A stretch of DNA of 64,000 nt from the human T2T-CHM13v2.0 reference genome, Homo sapiens: assembly GCF_009914755.1 (NCBI RefSeq), contig NC_060925.1, one strand, 5' to 3'. The stretch's first letter is position 1. Each line of letters opens with the position of its first letter. This document shows, piece after piece, positions 20,756 through 52,085 of the stretch. The notes under the pieces are model-generated. The model was not told the DNA's origin. It made no database searches and saw only the letters and a program-made list of their open reading frames with translations. The position numbers and the translations under genes are program-made.

Positions 20756-22289
20756 ACGTTAATGTGTCATGTTCTCTCTCTTCTCTGTGGCTGTGCTATT
20801 CCCTCTGCCTAGAATGCTTTTCCCTCGCTACCATGTCAACTCATCCTTCCAGACTCAGCCCTCAGGCCCTCTGCAGGCTCTTCTCCCACCCCTCCTCTCT
20901 CCGGGAGCTCCCCAGGCTGCGAGTGCTGGGTCTGGGTGTCCCCTGGTTGTCCTGCACTGCCACTGCCTTAGCACTAAGGGCTCTGTATCATTACTTGTTG
21001 CTTGGGCAGTAAGAGTTCTGCCATCTCAGGGAGGCATTAGCAACACAATTTGTTTTTCATTTTCTTTCTATCCATTTAAATCCAAATCTGAGTGTGTATT
21101 GCACTGGACTGGCAGGAAATTCCACTTCAGTCAGAACTGGGGCTCTGTCCCTTAGGGCCACACAGGAATCTGAGGGGTTCATGTGGTGCTGGGAAAAACT
21201 AGGAAAGGACCTCAAATTTGTAGTGCATCAGGGAGGCATTGCTGTCTTATGGTCCTGGCCTGAGAAGTCCCTTGAGACCCAGCAGCCCTCTGTTTCTGTG
21301 CTGGACACAGGGCACAGGTCTCTTTGCTGGGGCTGGGCCGCGGTCCCCGGGGGTTAGGCTGCTCTGTGCTGTCTCTGATGCAGTCTTGCCACCTTCATGC
21401 TCTGCAGATGTCTGTATCCTGCTCCATGGGAGGCAATGGCAAAGGCTCTCTCCATTCGTCCCCATTTCTCTTCAGTGACTGGAGGCTGCATAAAACAAAG
21501 AGATGTTGCCTTCTCGAAACTTCTTTGGGCATTATCAACACCTGCAGGGCAAAGAAACTGTGGAAAGTTCAGACACATTCTCAGCTGGGAAACACCTAGG
21601 AAGAACACACACAAATTATTATCTTGACAAATTGTCCTGCTGTGCTTATTTGGATCCCCAAAGGCATTCCCAGGACCTAATTCCTAGTCTGCAATATGTA
21701 CTTAATGAGGATTTGGATCAAAAGTGAATGCTGACTCTTGGCGGACCCACGACTGCCACTTAGGGTACTGCAGGTCGTTCACTGCACAAATCTGGAGGAT
21801 CCCACGCAAAAAGATTTGATTATTTACTGAGACAGCTCTCTGGCAGATGTCTTATAAAGCATTTTGGAGATGGGAAACTTTTCTAATTTGTACTAATTAG
21901 GTCCTGACTGAGGTCTGTGCCTTTTTCCGTATTTCCCCTTTAAATTCCTTCAATGCATCAAGTGATAAAGTATCAGAAACAAAATATTGAGAAATCAAGA
22001 TTATTTTTGATAAAAAACTATGGTTTTTTCTTTATTAGTCCACATAAACAACATTCAGAAGATTAAGAAAAATGAGTTGCAGCAAAATAGGAAATCAGGA
22101 AAGAAGTAGATTCAGAATGGAGTCATTCCTGCCGAAGGTAGTGTCAAATTCAGTAGGCAAGAGAGTCATTAATGTGATGACTGCATAGTTTGTGGTTGTT
22201 TGTAACTCTGGGTATTTGAAGATATTTATAGGTAACCTGTTCCAAAATATGGTGGGGTTTTTTATGTAGTTACTTTTTATATTTTTAAT

Positions 22290-23981
<1,692 letters not shown>

Positions 23982-24169
23982 TAATGGAGCAGCCTGGGAT
24001 GCCAGATGGACACACGCTATTGGATTTACCTCAGTTACAGCGTTTAATTCTAGCAGCTGCCTTCTGAGCCACATCCTCTCCCCACCCTCCCGTAACCATT
24101 CTGAGGCTATTGCTTTAAGGGTATCCAAAGATTTCACATATATTGGTTTTTTAAAATTCATTTTATGGT

Positions 24170-24533
24170 TTTATTATTATTATCATTTTAATTTCAGATT
24201 CCATGGGTACGTATGCAGCTTTGTTACGTGGATGCATAGCATAATGGTTAGGTTTGGGCTTCTCATAAATCCATCACCCACATAGTGAACGCTGTACCTA
24301 ATAGGTAATTTTTCAACCCTGAGCCCTCCTCCCACCCTCCCCCCTTTTGGAGTCCCTAGTGTCTGTTATTTCCATCTTTATGTCCATGGGTACCCATTCT
24401 TTAGCTCCCACTTATAAGTGAGAACATGCAGTATTTGATTTTCTGTTTCTGAGTTATTTCACTTGGGATGATGGCTTCCAGCTGCATCCATGTGGCTGCA
24501 AAGGAGAGAATTGTGTTCTTTTTTATGGCTGCC
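24170..24533 (-). mobile_element. L1PA16/17-like 3' end
   Basis: ttagctcccacttataagtgagaacatgcagtatttg and associated 3'UTR motifs. Confidence 0.85.
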
Positions 24534-25289
24534 ATCATTATTTTTCAACCTCCCAAGATCCTCCCAACCATCCCTTGAGATGGTGGGGCACGTACCCCCA
24601 TCCTACAGATGCAGAAAGGACAGTTAATGGAAGTGTGCCGCCACCTAGACCGGAGCCCTGTGCTCCTGCCCAGCACTGCTTCTTGCTGAGGGCCAAAGCG
24701 GTGCTCTCTGTCAGGCAGCGTGTGTGATGGGCATATTGTGTAGGACACATTCCTTCTGTTCCAGATCCTCAGAGGATGGGATCTACCAACTCATGAAAAG
24801 TTTTGGTTAACTGATTTAGTTACAGCGACACAGAATACACTTCATGTAATTCAACTAAATGTCTTTAAATCTTAGGTGTCTTGCGGACCTGAGGTGTTTG
24901 TTTTCCTGTCCTTTAATTACCCCTGGCTTGGTAAATTGTAGACAGCGTAGGGGGTCAAGCTTTGATACCCACTGGAAATTCCTATGAAAAATTCTCAGTC
25001 TCTTCACTCTGATCAAAATGGAACGAAGAACAACCCTGTGGCCATGGCTTATACGTCTCTGGAGTAGCTTGTTACTAAAGCCTTTGGTTTCTATAAAGTG
25101 TTATTCAGTTTGCCTTCTTTCCCTTCCCACTGCCCCCACCTGTGACTCTCCAGTTCTCCCTGGTATCCTGCTTACTTCCTGATACCAGGTTTTCTTTCCC
25201 TCCCTTGGAGCTATGTCCTTATGCTCACCTTGGGGCTCAGCTACCTCTAATTACTTCTCCATGCTGGGGACAAAGTGATCTTTCCAAAG

Positions 25290-26105
<816 letters not shown>

Positions 26106-26944
26106 ATTCCCGCTGGGTACAGGATTTAGTATATACCCCTTGACATGGGAGATGAGGTCCTCCATGGCCTTACCTCAGCATCCACTGCTCACCTGCTGAC
26201 CCAGCCCTGTGTAGCTGTGTGGTGCTTCTTAATACGCCATGCCCTCTCACCCTCCCAGGGTAGCAATAATGCTGTTCCCTCTGGCAAGGAAAATCTCCCT
26301 GCATCTTTACCTAATGAACTCCTGTGCTTCTTCCCATCTCACTTCAAGTATTCCCCTGATCTACAAAGCCTTACTTGCCTTGGGACTTTCAGGTGCTCCC
26401 TTCTCCGTAGCCCAATCCCTATTTGCCATCTCAGAGAATTGTCATTGCCTGCTTGTCTGACTTCTTGCAAGACTGTGTTGACCATCTTCCCTCATGCAAA
26501 GTCAGTGCAAGGCAGGTAGCAAGTTTCCCGAGAACCTAGAAGGGCATCCCACCTAAATCCCTTTGCTTATCTTTCTTGGTCTTTCTTAGAAACTGGGTCC
26601 GTCATTTCTCATCTAATCCCGCCTTCCTCTGTCCACCTCCAACAGACTCTCTGTTTCAGTTCTATACCCTCCACTCTTCCAGCCACCTGATCCCTTCTCC
26701 TGCCATGCCTGCCACCTGCAACTACTTTGCTGCTTCTTCTGAGTTCATCCAATTCTCAGCCATTCTCTAGGGCTAGCTCCAGCATCGTCTTTCTAGGAGC
26801 CCTGAACTTGCTCTGGCTTCTGTGTTCTTCCATGCAGACTTTCAGTGGATGTTTACTTAAAACTATGTTACAATCTGGGAATGCACAGATTGTAATTCCA
26901 TCTCTGGGAAAACTCAGTCTATCTGAGGAAATAGACAAGTACTG

Positions 26945-35112
<8,168 letters not shown>

Positions 35113-35123
35113 AGGGGAGAATG

Positions 35124-35939
<816 letters not shown>

Positions 35940-36169
35940 GTTCACCCCTAGATGCCATGGCATAAATTTAAACCTTAATGATGGCTGAGACTTCTAGGGA
36001 ATAGAAGTGCCCCACTAAGAAGCAAGGAAGGCACTTGACCAGGAGGGAGAGGGCCACATGGTGAGATGGTCATCAAAAACAGGAACTTTAGAGGTGTCCC
36101 CCTGATGGCCAGTAAAGGCAGTTGAGGAACCCGTGTGGCATTGGTGTAGGGAGTACATGTCCCCAGAGG

Positions 36170-38309
<2,140 letters not shown>

Positions 38310-40006
38310 TCATGGGTCACTGCAGCCTTGACCTCTGGGAGCCAAGTGATCCTCCCACCTCAGCCTCCCAAATAGCTGGGACGATAGGCATGTGACACCA
38401 TGCCCAGCTAATTTTTAAACTTTTTGTAGAGATAGGGTCTTACTGTGTTGCCTGGGCTGATTTTGAACTCTGGGCCCTCAAGCAACCCTCCCATCTTGGC
38501 CTCCCAAAGTGCTGGGATTACAGGTGTGAGCCACCACACCCAACCTGTCTTCTCCTTTGTGTCCAGGTTTCTTTTTGTCTTTCTTTCATTCCCTTTTTAT
38601 GGTCACTGGATATACTTTTGGCAGGGGCAGTCTTCTCTACTCTGCTCATATTGATAAATTTCTTCCCCCAGAGAACCTCAAATCAGTATCATCAGGGGTG
38701 GGGCCTTCCCTGTGGCAGTGGTTGCTCTCATATAGTTTAAAAACTGTGGGCTTGTGTCAGGGTGAATTAACCCTTTTACTGTGCCCCGGGGCTACTAGGA
38801 GTTTTCCCTACAACTCTGAGGATCAGGATCTTTGCTGCAACAGGGGCATAAGCTGCAGCGTGGTCCAGCCCAATGGAAGAGTGCTGGCCTATAACCCAGA
38901 GGTGGAGGGACTCTGCTACAACTTTGTCTTTTCTGCCATGAGGGTTTTCCTTAATTAATTAACTAATTTGTTTATGGATTTTTTCCTGTCTTGTACAAAT
39001 GCCCTCAGAATATTTTGGATTTCTAGCCACATAAAGTTGTGGCTTTCAGTTTTTGTCTCCATATGTCCCAAGGGACCTTCTGGGAGGTTACGAGCAAAGT
39101 GTTGGGAGCCAGGTGGCCCCCGTCGCAGGCAGCCACCTCTTCCTCCAGGGAATACCAGTCGGTCTCGCTGGGGATGGGGTCCTCATCCAGCCAGGTGGTT
39201 TTGTCTGTGGCCCAAGTGGGGACATTAAACCCACTATGGCAAGATGAGCTCTTTGGCGTGTTGGAAGCAGCAGTGCTAAGCACAGCTGGGTGCGCTCGCC
39301 AGGGGCTCTGTGCCGAGAGAGCAGTTGAGTACCAAATGCTTTTTCCCGTTTTCTTTCTTCATTAGCACCTGGGCCACAGACTGCCATGGCTGTGTACCTC
39401 GATGCCCCTGGGGGTCAGGAGAACACATGGGCAGCAGCAAGGGAAGCAGCAGCTGAGGGGACGGGCAGGGTCACTGCCCTTGCCTTAGCAGCAACCAGGG
39501 CACCAGGGAAACTCCCCTGGGGAACTCCCTGGTCTCTCTCCTTCCTTTCTGCAAACCTCTGTCTGCAAAGGACCGCCCCCGTGGCTGACCTGGGGATGCA
39601 CTTCACAAACAGTGTCTGTACAGCTGCCCCAAGTGGCCAGTGATGGTCACCAAGCTAGTTGTATTGCTAAGAGAGCTTGCACCTGTCCCTTGATAAGTGG
39701 GACTTAAGCAGCAACCGGTTAGGGGGATGTGCTACCACCGTCTTTACAGATGGGAGCCTCAAGAGACCACCTGCCAAACACAGGCCCAAACTGACAGCTC
39801 TGGGGTCCAGTCAGTTCACAACAGTTTTCATCTTGGGATGAGATAGCAAACAATCAACAAAGACAACACAGCATTTCATAGGCCAGAGTGCAAATCTTCC
39901 AGTAATTGTCAATTCTATCCCAGGCAGCCTGCGTGGTATTAGTGAAGTTGGTTAGCCGAGAGCAGTTAATGAAATCTGACCAAATGTCCTTGATTGTGGT
40001 TGGGTC

Positions 40007-40024
40007 ATCCTGTTCATTATGCCA
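40007..40024 (-). other. Primer binding site, tRNA-Ser-like
   Basis: Minus strand TGGCATAATGAACAGGAT versus TGGCGTCACGAACAGGAT (complement of the tRNA-Ser(CGA) 3' end as I recall it), 15/18, two differences at CpGs. Confidence 0.65.
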
Positions 40025-40370
40025 GGTGTTTCTTTTCTTTTATTTTTCTTGCCTTTTTTTTTATTTTTTTATTTTTGGAGACAGGGTCTCACTCTGTCCC
40101 CCAGGCTGGAGTGCAGTGGCATGATCGATCAGAGCTCACTGCAGCCTTGAACTCCTGTGCTCAAGTGATCCTCCTCTCTCAGCCTCCCAAGTAGCTGGGA
40201 CTACAGGCACACACCACCATGCCTGGCTAATTTTTAAGTTTTTTGAGACTGGGTCTCACTGGGTTGCCCAGGCTGCTCTTAAACTCCTGCCTCAAGTGCT
40301 CCTCCTGCCTCAGCCTCCTGAATAGCTGTCATTACAGGCGTGAGCCACCACTCCTGGCTATCATGCCAGT

Positions 40371-41562
<1,192 letters not shown>

Positions 41563-42028
41563 TAGGTACATGATAATCCACCTAAAATTTTTTGAGAGTT
41601 ATAGAGTTTTACAAATAAAAAATGAAAAACAGGATTTCTAGATCATAAACAGGGTTTGCAAATGGTCTCTAAGCATCCCAGTAAGGTAGCATATCTTTAG
41701 AACTTTTTTACTTCTAATAAATATTATAGCTTTCATTCATTCTTTGAAATACTCTTCTACATGCCAACAACAGAAAATCAATGCAGGTGAGTTAGAAAGG
41801 AGAGTTGTTTTCTTTCTAATGCAGTTGGCACTCTGTGGATGAGCAAATTCTTTAAGGCACAACAAAACTAGATACTCTAATATAATACTTGTAATGCTTT
41901 ATAAAACTTTAATTTTTTTAGATATCAGATGTCAAACTTTAACATATTATTTCTATTATCTTTTTCCAAAAAGGAAATATGTTTATTGTGTTATGATTAT
42001 AAAAGAATTCATATTTTTTAATTGTAAA

Positions 42029-43312
42029 TTTTTTTATTTATTTATTTTATTTTTTTTTTTAGTATTTATTGATCATTCTTGGGTGTTTCACAGAGAGGGG
42101 GATTTGGCAGGGTCATAGGACAATAGTGGAGGGAAGGTCAGCAGATAAACAAGTGAACAAAGGTCTCTGGTTTTCCTAGGCAGAGGACCCTGCCGCCTTC
42201 AGCAGTGTTTGTGTCCCTGGGTACTTGAGATTAGGGAGTGGTGATGACTCTTAAGGAGCATGCTGCCTTCAAGCATCTGTTTAACAAAGCACATCTTGCA
42301 CCACCCTTAATCCAATTAACCCTGCGTGGACACAGCACATGTTTCAGAGAGCACAGGGTTGGGGGCAAAGTTATAGATTAACAGCATCCCAAGGCAGAAG
42401 AATTTTTCTTGGTACAGAACAAAATGGAGTCTCCTATGTCTACTTCTTTCCACACAGACACAGTAATAATCTGATCTCTCTTTCTTTTCCCCACACTTCA
42501 CCCCTTTCTATTCGACAAAACCGCCATCGTCATCATGGCCTGTTCTCAATGAGCTGTTGGGTACACCTCCCAGACGGGGTGGCGGCCGGGCAGAGGGGCT
42601 CCTCACTTCTCAGACGGGGCGGCCAGTCAGAGACACTCCTCAGTTCCCAGAAGGGGTCGCTGCCGGGTAGAGGCGCTCCCCACATCCCAGACATGGGCGG
42701 TCGGGCGGAGACGCTCCTCACTTCCCAGACGGGGTGGCGGCCAGGCAGAGGGGCTCCTCACATCCCAGACGCTGGGCGGCCGGGCAGAGGCGCTCCTCAC
42801 TTCCCAGACGGGGTGGCGGCTGGGCAGAGGCTGCAATCTCGGCACTTTGGGAGGCCAAGGCAGGCGGCTGGGAGGTGGAGGTTGTAGGGAGCGGAGATCA
42901 CGCCACTGCACTCCAGCCTGGGCAACATTGAGCACTGAGTGAACCAGACTCCGTCTGCAATCCCGGCGCCTCGGGAGGCCAAGGCTGGCAGATCACTCGC
43001 GGTCAGGAGCTGGAGACATGCCCGGCCAACACGGCGAAACCCCGTCTCCACCAAAAAAATACGAAAACCAGTCAGGCGTTGCGACGCGCGCCTGCAATCC
43101 CAGGCACTCGGCAGGCTGAGGCAGGAGAATCAGGCAGGGAGGTTGCAGTGAGCCGAGATGGCGTCGGTACAGTCCAGCCTCGGCTGGGCATCAGAGGGAG
43201 ACCGTGCAAAGGGGAGAGGCGGCAGTACAGTCCAGCCTCGGCTCGGCATCAGAGGGAGACTGTGCAGAGGGAGAGGGAGAGGGAGCGGGAGCGGGAGCGG
43301 GAGAGGGAGAGA
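42029..43312 (-). mobile_element. Full-length SVA retrotransposon, older subfamily (A-C like), short VNTR
   Basis: On the + strand: poly-T, SINE-R (about 42061-42560), VNTR units ctcctcacttcccagacgggg (about 42565-42830), Alu-like domain, (GGGAGA/GGGAGC)n hexamer at about 43265-43312. Confidence 0.95.
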
Positions 43313-43780
<468 letters not shown>

Positions 43781-44927
43781 AGAATGTTCATTATTTTAAA
43801 GTTCAAGTTGTGCAAAAAAGTACACACAGAAAGTTAAGAATTGCCTGTCATTCCACTGTTCCACCTTTTGATATACATCTTTCTGGGGACTTCCTTGGTC
43901 AGTTACTTCTTGTACTGTCCAAGCCACCTCTGTTCTCTCTCCCAAAGCTCATTAGCAGAGTTGCTTAACTATATTTACAGCATTCAGTATCTCAAAGGCA
44001 TGTTTTGCCTCAAATAGGCTGATTCAGTTCTGCTCCTTCTATATATAACATCAAGTTAATTTGTAACAAGTTTTGCCTAGTCTTGCTTTAAAACATCACT
44101 CTGTAATAAAGTCTTTAATAGTAACATTGTTGGGTAGTCAAATCACCTATGTAAGAAAGAGAAGTTACACAATAGTTGATAAAATAAGCAGTTTAAATTA
44201 AAACACATAACTGTCTTGAAAATGGTCAGTGGTGCTAGTTTTAACTTTGTTTTGGGGAATTTTCAACCATTAATTGTGAATATCAGACTTCACTCTTTAC
44301 TCCTGATACTCAACATTTTCCTTGAAATTACAATCTAATAATGGGCTTCTGTGCTTACTGAATTTAAACTAGTTTAGTAAACTGAAAGTATAAATTTGTT
44401 CTTCTCATAATCCTAATTTTTAAACAAAATTTTGCTCCTCACATTTTTTTGGTAACATGTAGACTTCCTTGAAGATAAAAGAATGCTAAGTTTTTCATGT
44501 AGTTTACTTTTAGGGATTTTCCAAAACCACTTAAGATGAGGTACAGAATATATGTTAGCACACTGTTCAGCATTTTTCCTAATTTCAGTGTTATAATGTT
44601 GGCCATATCAAGTAAATACTATCCTAAAAGGTGAAAATATATTTATCAACTAAAAAAATAGGGGAAATACCTCTTTGAGATTTTTAAAGTTCTATTTTAA
44701 AACAAAATGTCTTCTCCTATAAAAAGTAGTACTATAGGCAGCTGGCTGCTTCCGTTGACTATTTCTTTGTATAATCTATAGGATTTGTTTTAACTGCTAG
44801 ATACTCAGAAGGATTCTTTGAAATGAACTTGGCAGTTAGAACAAAGAAAATTCACCAGGGAGAAACGTTTAAAAGAAGAAAACAACACACACTCCATTCT
44901 ATAGTTCAGACATTAAAAGCAAGCTGG

Positions 44928-47675
<2,748 letters not shown>

Positions 47676-47901
47676 CCCTGCAAATAATTTGATATTGTTC
47701 TATATCCTGCTTTTGTTGTTTAATAATTCAGAAACATTTTATCCAGTTTGCTCCATGATTTTGCCATCCTGTTGCTCCATGGTCATGATGATGTCATGGT
47801 CAATGGCAGCACGGTATGCCCATCTGACACAGAAATAGATTCTAGGATGCGAGTCTGAGGGCCGGAGCCAGAACCCTCCCAGTAGATGGAATGATATAGC
47901 C

Positions 47902-48428
<527 letters not shown>

Positions 48429-49786
48429 TAGACAGAGGATCTGAGGGGAGATTCTGTGACAGAGTGAACTTGGCCTGAGAGAGCTTAGGTGATGAGGCTG
48501 GAAGGTAAGTTGAGACCAGGGCCCCAGAGCCTTGAATGCCGGAGAGGGGTGGGTGGTGGAAGGTATTGGGGATTTTCAGTGATTTTCTCATGACCTTATC
48601 TGGGATCCTAAGGGGACTTGAAAGAAGATGAGACAGGCTTAAAAGCCTGTGCCTGGGAGATGGATGCTATTGACAAGATCAATAGAGAATTCAGGAAGAA
48701 GACCATCAGATGTGTGTGTGTTGTTAGGATTGAGTTTTCTTTGTTGGTTGGTTCAGAAAGAGGAGATAAAGGTGTGTGGAGTTTGGGGTATGTGAGATTT
48801 GTTGTGCCAGTGAGACTGCTTGTGTAGATGACACAGCACTAGGTACTGTGCTTAGGATTCATGCATTGGGAGGTTATAGTTGAAGCCCTAGGCATGGATG
48901 AGACTGTCAAGGAAAATCGTCCTTATAGGAAAGCGGAGAGGTTAACCAAGATGAAACCTTGAGGAACACTTACTCTTGGAGGTCAGAGGAAGAAAGGAGC
49001 TCAGAGGTAACTAGAGGAATAGCCAGAGAAGAAAACCATCTGTGCTCAAGGCAACGATTCTTTCCTTCATAGCACTGATCCTAGTTCATAGTCACATGTT
49101 TGCTGACTATTTCATTGTCTTCACCCATTGATTAGGCTATGCCCCTTGAGGGCAGGGACTCCTGTGTCTTTTTGCTCATAATTGTATCTTCAATGCCTAC
49201 TACATAGTAGGTCCCAATAACTGTGTATTGAATAAAGAAAGGGAAAAGCCAGGGGAGGGCATCGCTTCACATGTCGAGGAAGGAATGGTCACCACCCTCA
49301 GGAGGCACAGCGTGGTCAAGAGGGAGACCTACCAAGATGTCATTGGATTTACTTGCAAGAGTTAAGAAGTGAGTATGAGAATGTTTATGCAGTTCTATCC
49401 AGAAATTCATTAAGGTAGCAAAGAAAAATATTAAAATGTTATTTGAAGGTATTGGAAAGTACAGAAAAGGCTTCCTTTCTACTTTTCAGGATGAGAAACT
49501 TCAGGATTTTAGAAAGAAAAAGGATCAGCAGGAGTGGAGGATTAAAAATAATAGAGAGAAGGGGGATAATACATGGGATGTTTTCCTATAGAAGGTAGAG
49601 GGGATTCATTTTCTTAGCAAATATTTATTGATAACATATGTTTGGTAGAAAACACACAGCACTAGATTTTCCTCAAGGAATCTGTAAGCTGGCAAGGAAG
49701 TCAAGATATATGCACACATAATTTTGATAAATAAGAGTCGTCAAAGGCATAGAGAGATGAATTTGCATTTTAAAAGTAAAAACCTC

Positions 49787-50410
<624 letters not shown>

Positions 50411-51389
50411 AGTAAGAACCTTAACTCTTTTTCAGAGGCAGGACTCAAAGAAGGTTGGATGGGGAAAGATAGAAATATACTTTTTAGATGCAAAGTCAAG
50501 AAGTTGAGTTAGTTGATGTGAAACTGGTGTTGTGCCTTGAATCACGGCATTTGGTTGGGACAGTTGGTTGGGACAGGAGGGAGGAAATGGAGCAGAGTTA
50601 TTAGGGGGCTAAAGAGTTTGCTCTGTTCATACAGCAGGGAGGCAGAGACCTGCGTGAAATAGGCAATGCTATGACAGTATTTGATAAATGTGAAATAGAT
50701 TGCCAGATGGTAGATGGTGAAACATCCATTCATCCCTCCATCTTTCAAGTATTTCAGTGCCAAGAATGTATTACCAGCACTCCCTTAGGGTCTCCAGATA
50801 CAATGGTGAATACCTAGAGCTTACAGTCAAGTTTGGCATTGAAAATCTCCAACTGGGAAGGGTGAGTGGAAGTGTTTGTGGATGCTCCAATCACAGAAGC
50901 TCCGTAGGCAAGTACACTAAGAAAATCCCCCTCTTAGAGAAGCTCAGCACATATCCCTAAAGGCAAAAGATAGAGAGGACACCTGATCGACAGGTAAGCT
51001 TAGTTGAACAGAGAAATACTTGTTTTTCCCACCCCTGGGGCATACCTGTTAAATGTCCCCTGCATCTCATGTTTCCTGTAAACACTACTTTGGGAAGAGT
51101 TGTTCAAATGGAAGTCTTGAATGCCAGGATGGAAGAGTGTGAACTTGATGTCCCACACCCTGGAAAGTTCCCGAAAGAGTCTGACGGTGGAATGATGGGG
51201 TAAAAAGGCAGAGTTCTAGAAAGGTCATCCTAGCAGGGGATGGTCTAGGGGTTAGATAGGAAGAAAGACTGAGGCCAGGAGAGCCTGAGGGCTATTGCAG
51301 TCACCTAGGGATGTAATCCCAAGGGCCTGGATTTGGGTTGTGGCAGGGAGAAGGAAGAGGGGAGACTGCAGTTCTAAAATGTTGGTATT

Positions 51390-52085
51390 GGTGTATTAGG
51401 GCTGCCATAACAAAGTGCCACGAATGAAGTGACTTAAACTTACCATCATCTCATAGCTCTGGAGGCTACAACAAATCTGAACTCAAGGTGTCGGCAGGGT
51501 TGGTTCCTTCTTTTTTTTTTTTTTTTTTTTTGAGACTTGCTCTGTCACCCAGGCCAGAGTGCAATGGCGTGATCTCAGATCTCAGCCCACTGCGACCTTT
51601 GCCTCCTGGGTTCAAGCGATTCTCCCGCCTCAGCCTTCTGAGCAGCTGGGATCACAGGCACCCACCATCATGCCCAGCTAATTTTTGTATTTTTGTAGAG
51701 ACGGGGTTTCACCCTGTTGGCTAGGCTGGTCTTGAACTCCTGACCTCAGGTGATCCGCCCACCTTGCGCCCTGCCCAGGGTCGGTTCCTTCTGAGGGCTG
51801 TGAGGGAAGGACCTGCTCCAGGCCTCTCTTCATGGCTTGTAGCTGGCTGGCTTCTCCCTGTGTTTCTTCACATAGTTTTCCCTCTTTGTTTGTCTGTCTG
51901 TGTCCAAATTTCCCCTTTCCATAAGGAAGCCAGTCATATTGAGTTAGGGCCCACCCCAATGACCTCATTTTAACTTGATTACTTCTGTAAGGACCCCATT
52001 TCAAAACACAGTCACATTCCAAGGTACTGAGGGTTAGGATTCCAACATGGGAATTGTGTGGAGACACAGGTCAATCCACAACAAT
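51390..52085 (-). mobile_element. MLT1A/B-like LTR with nested truncated Alu (51510-51775)
   Basis: MLT1 motifs; TSD cagggt(t/c)ggttccttct. Confidence 0.8.

Noticed and set aside
38550-39900. gag/protease/dUTPase ORFs in the provirus
   Set aside because: Position fits leader/gag but I could not recover convincing motifs.
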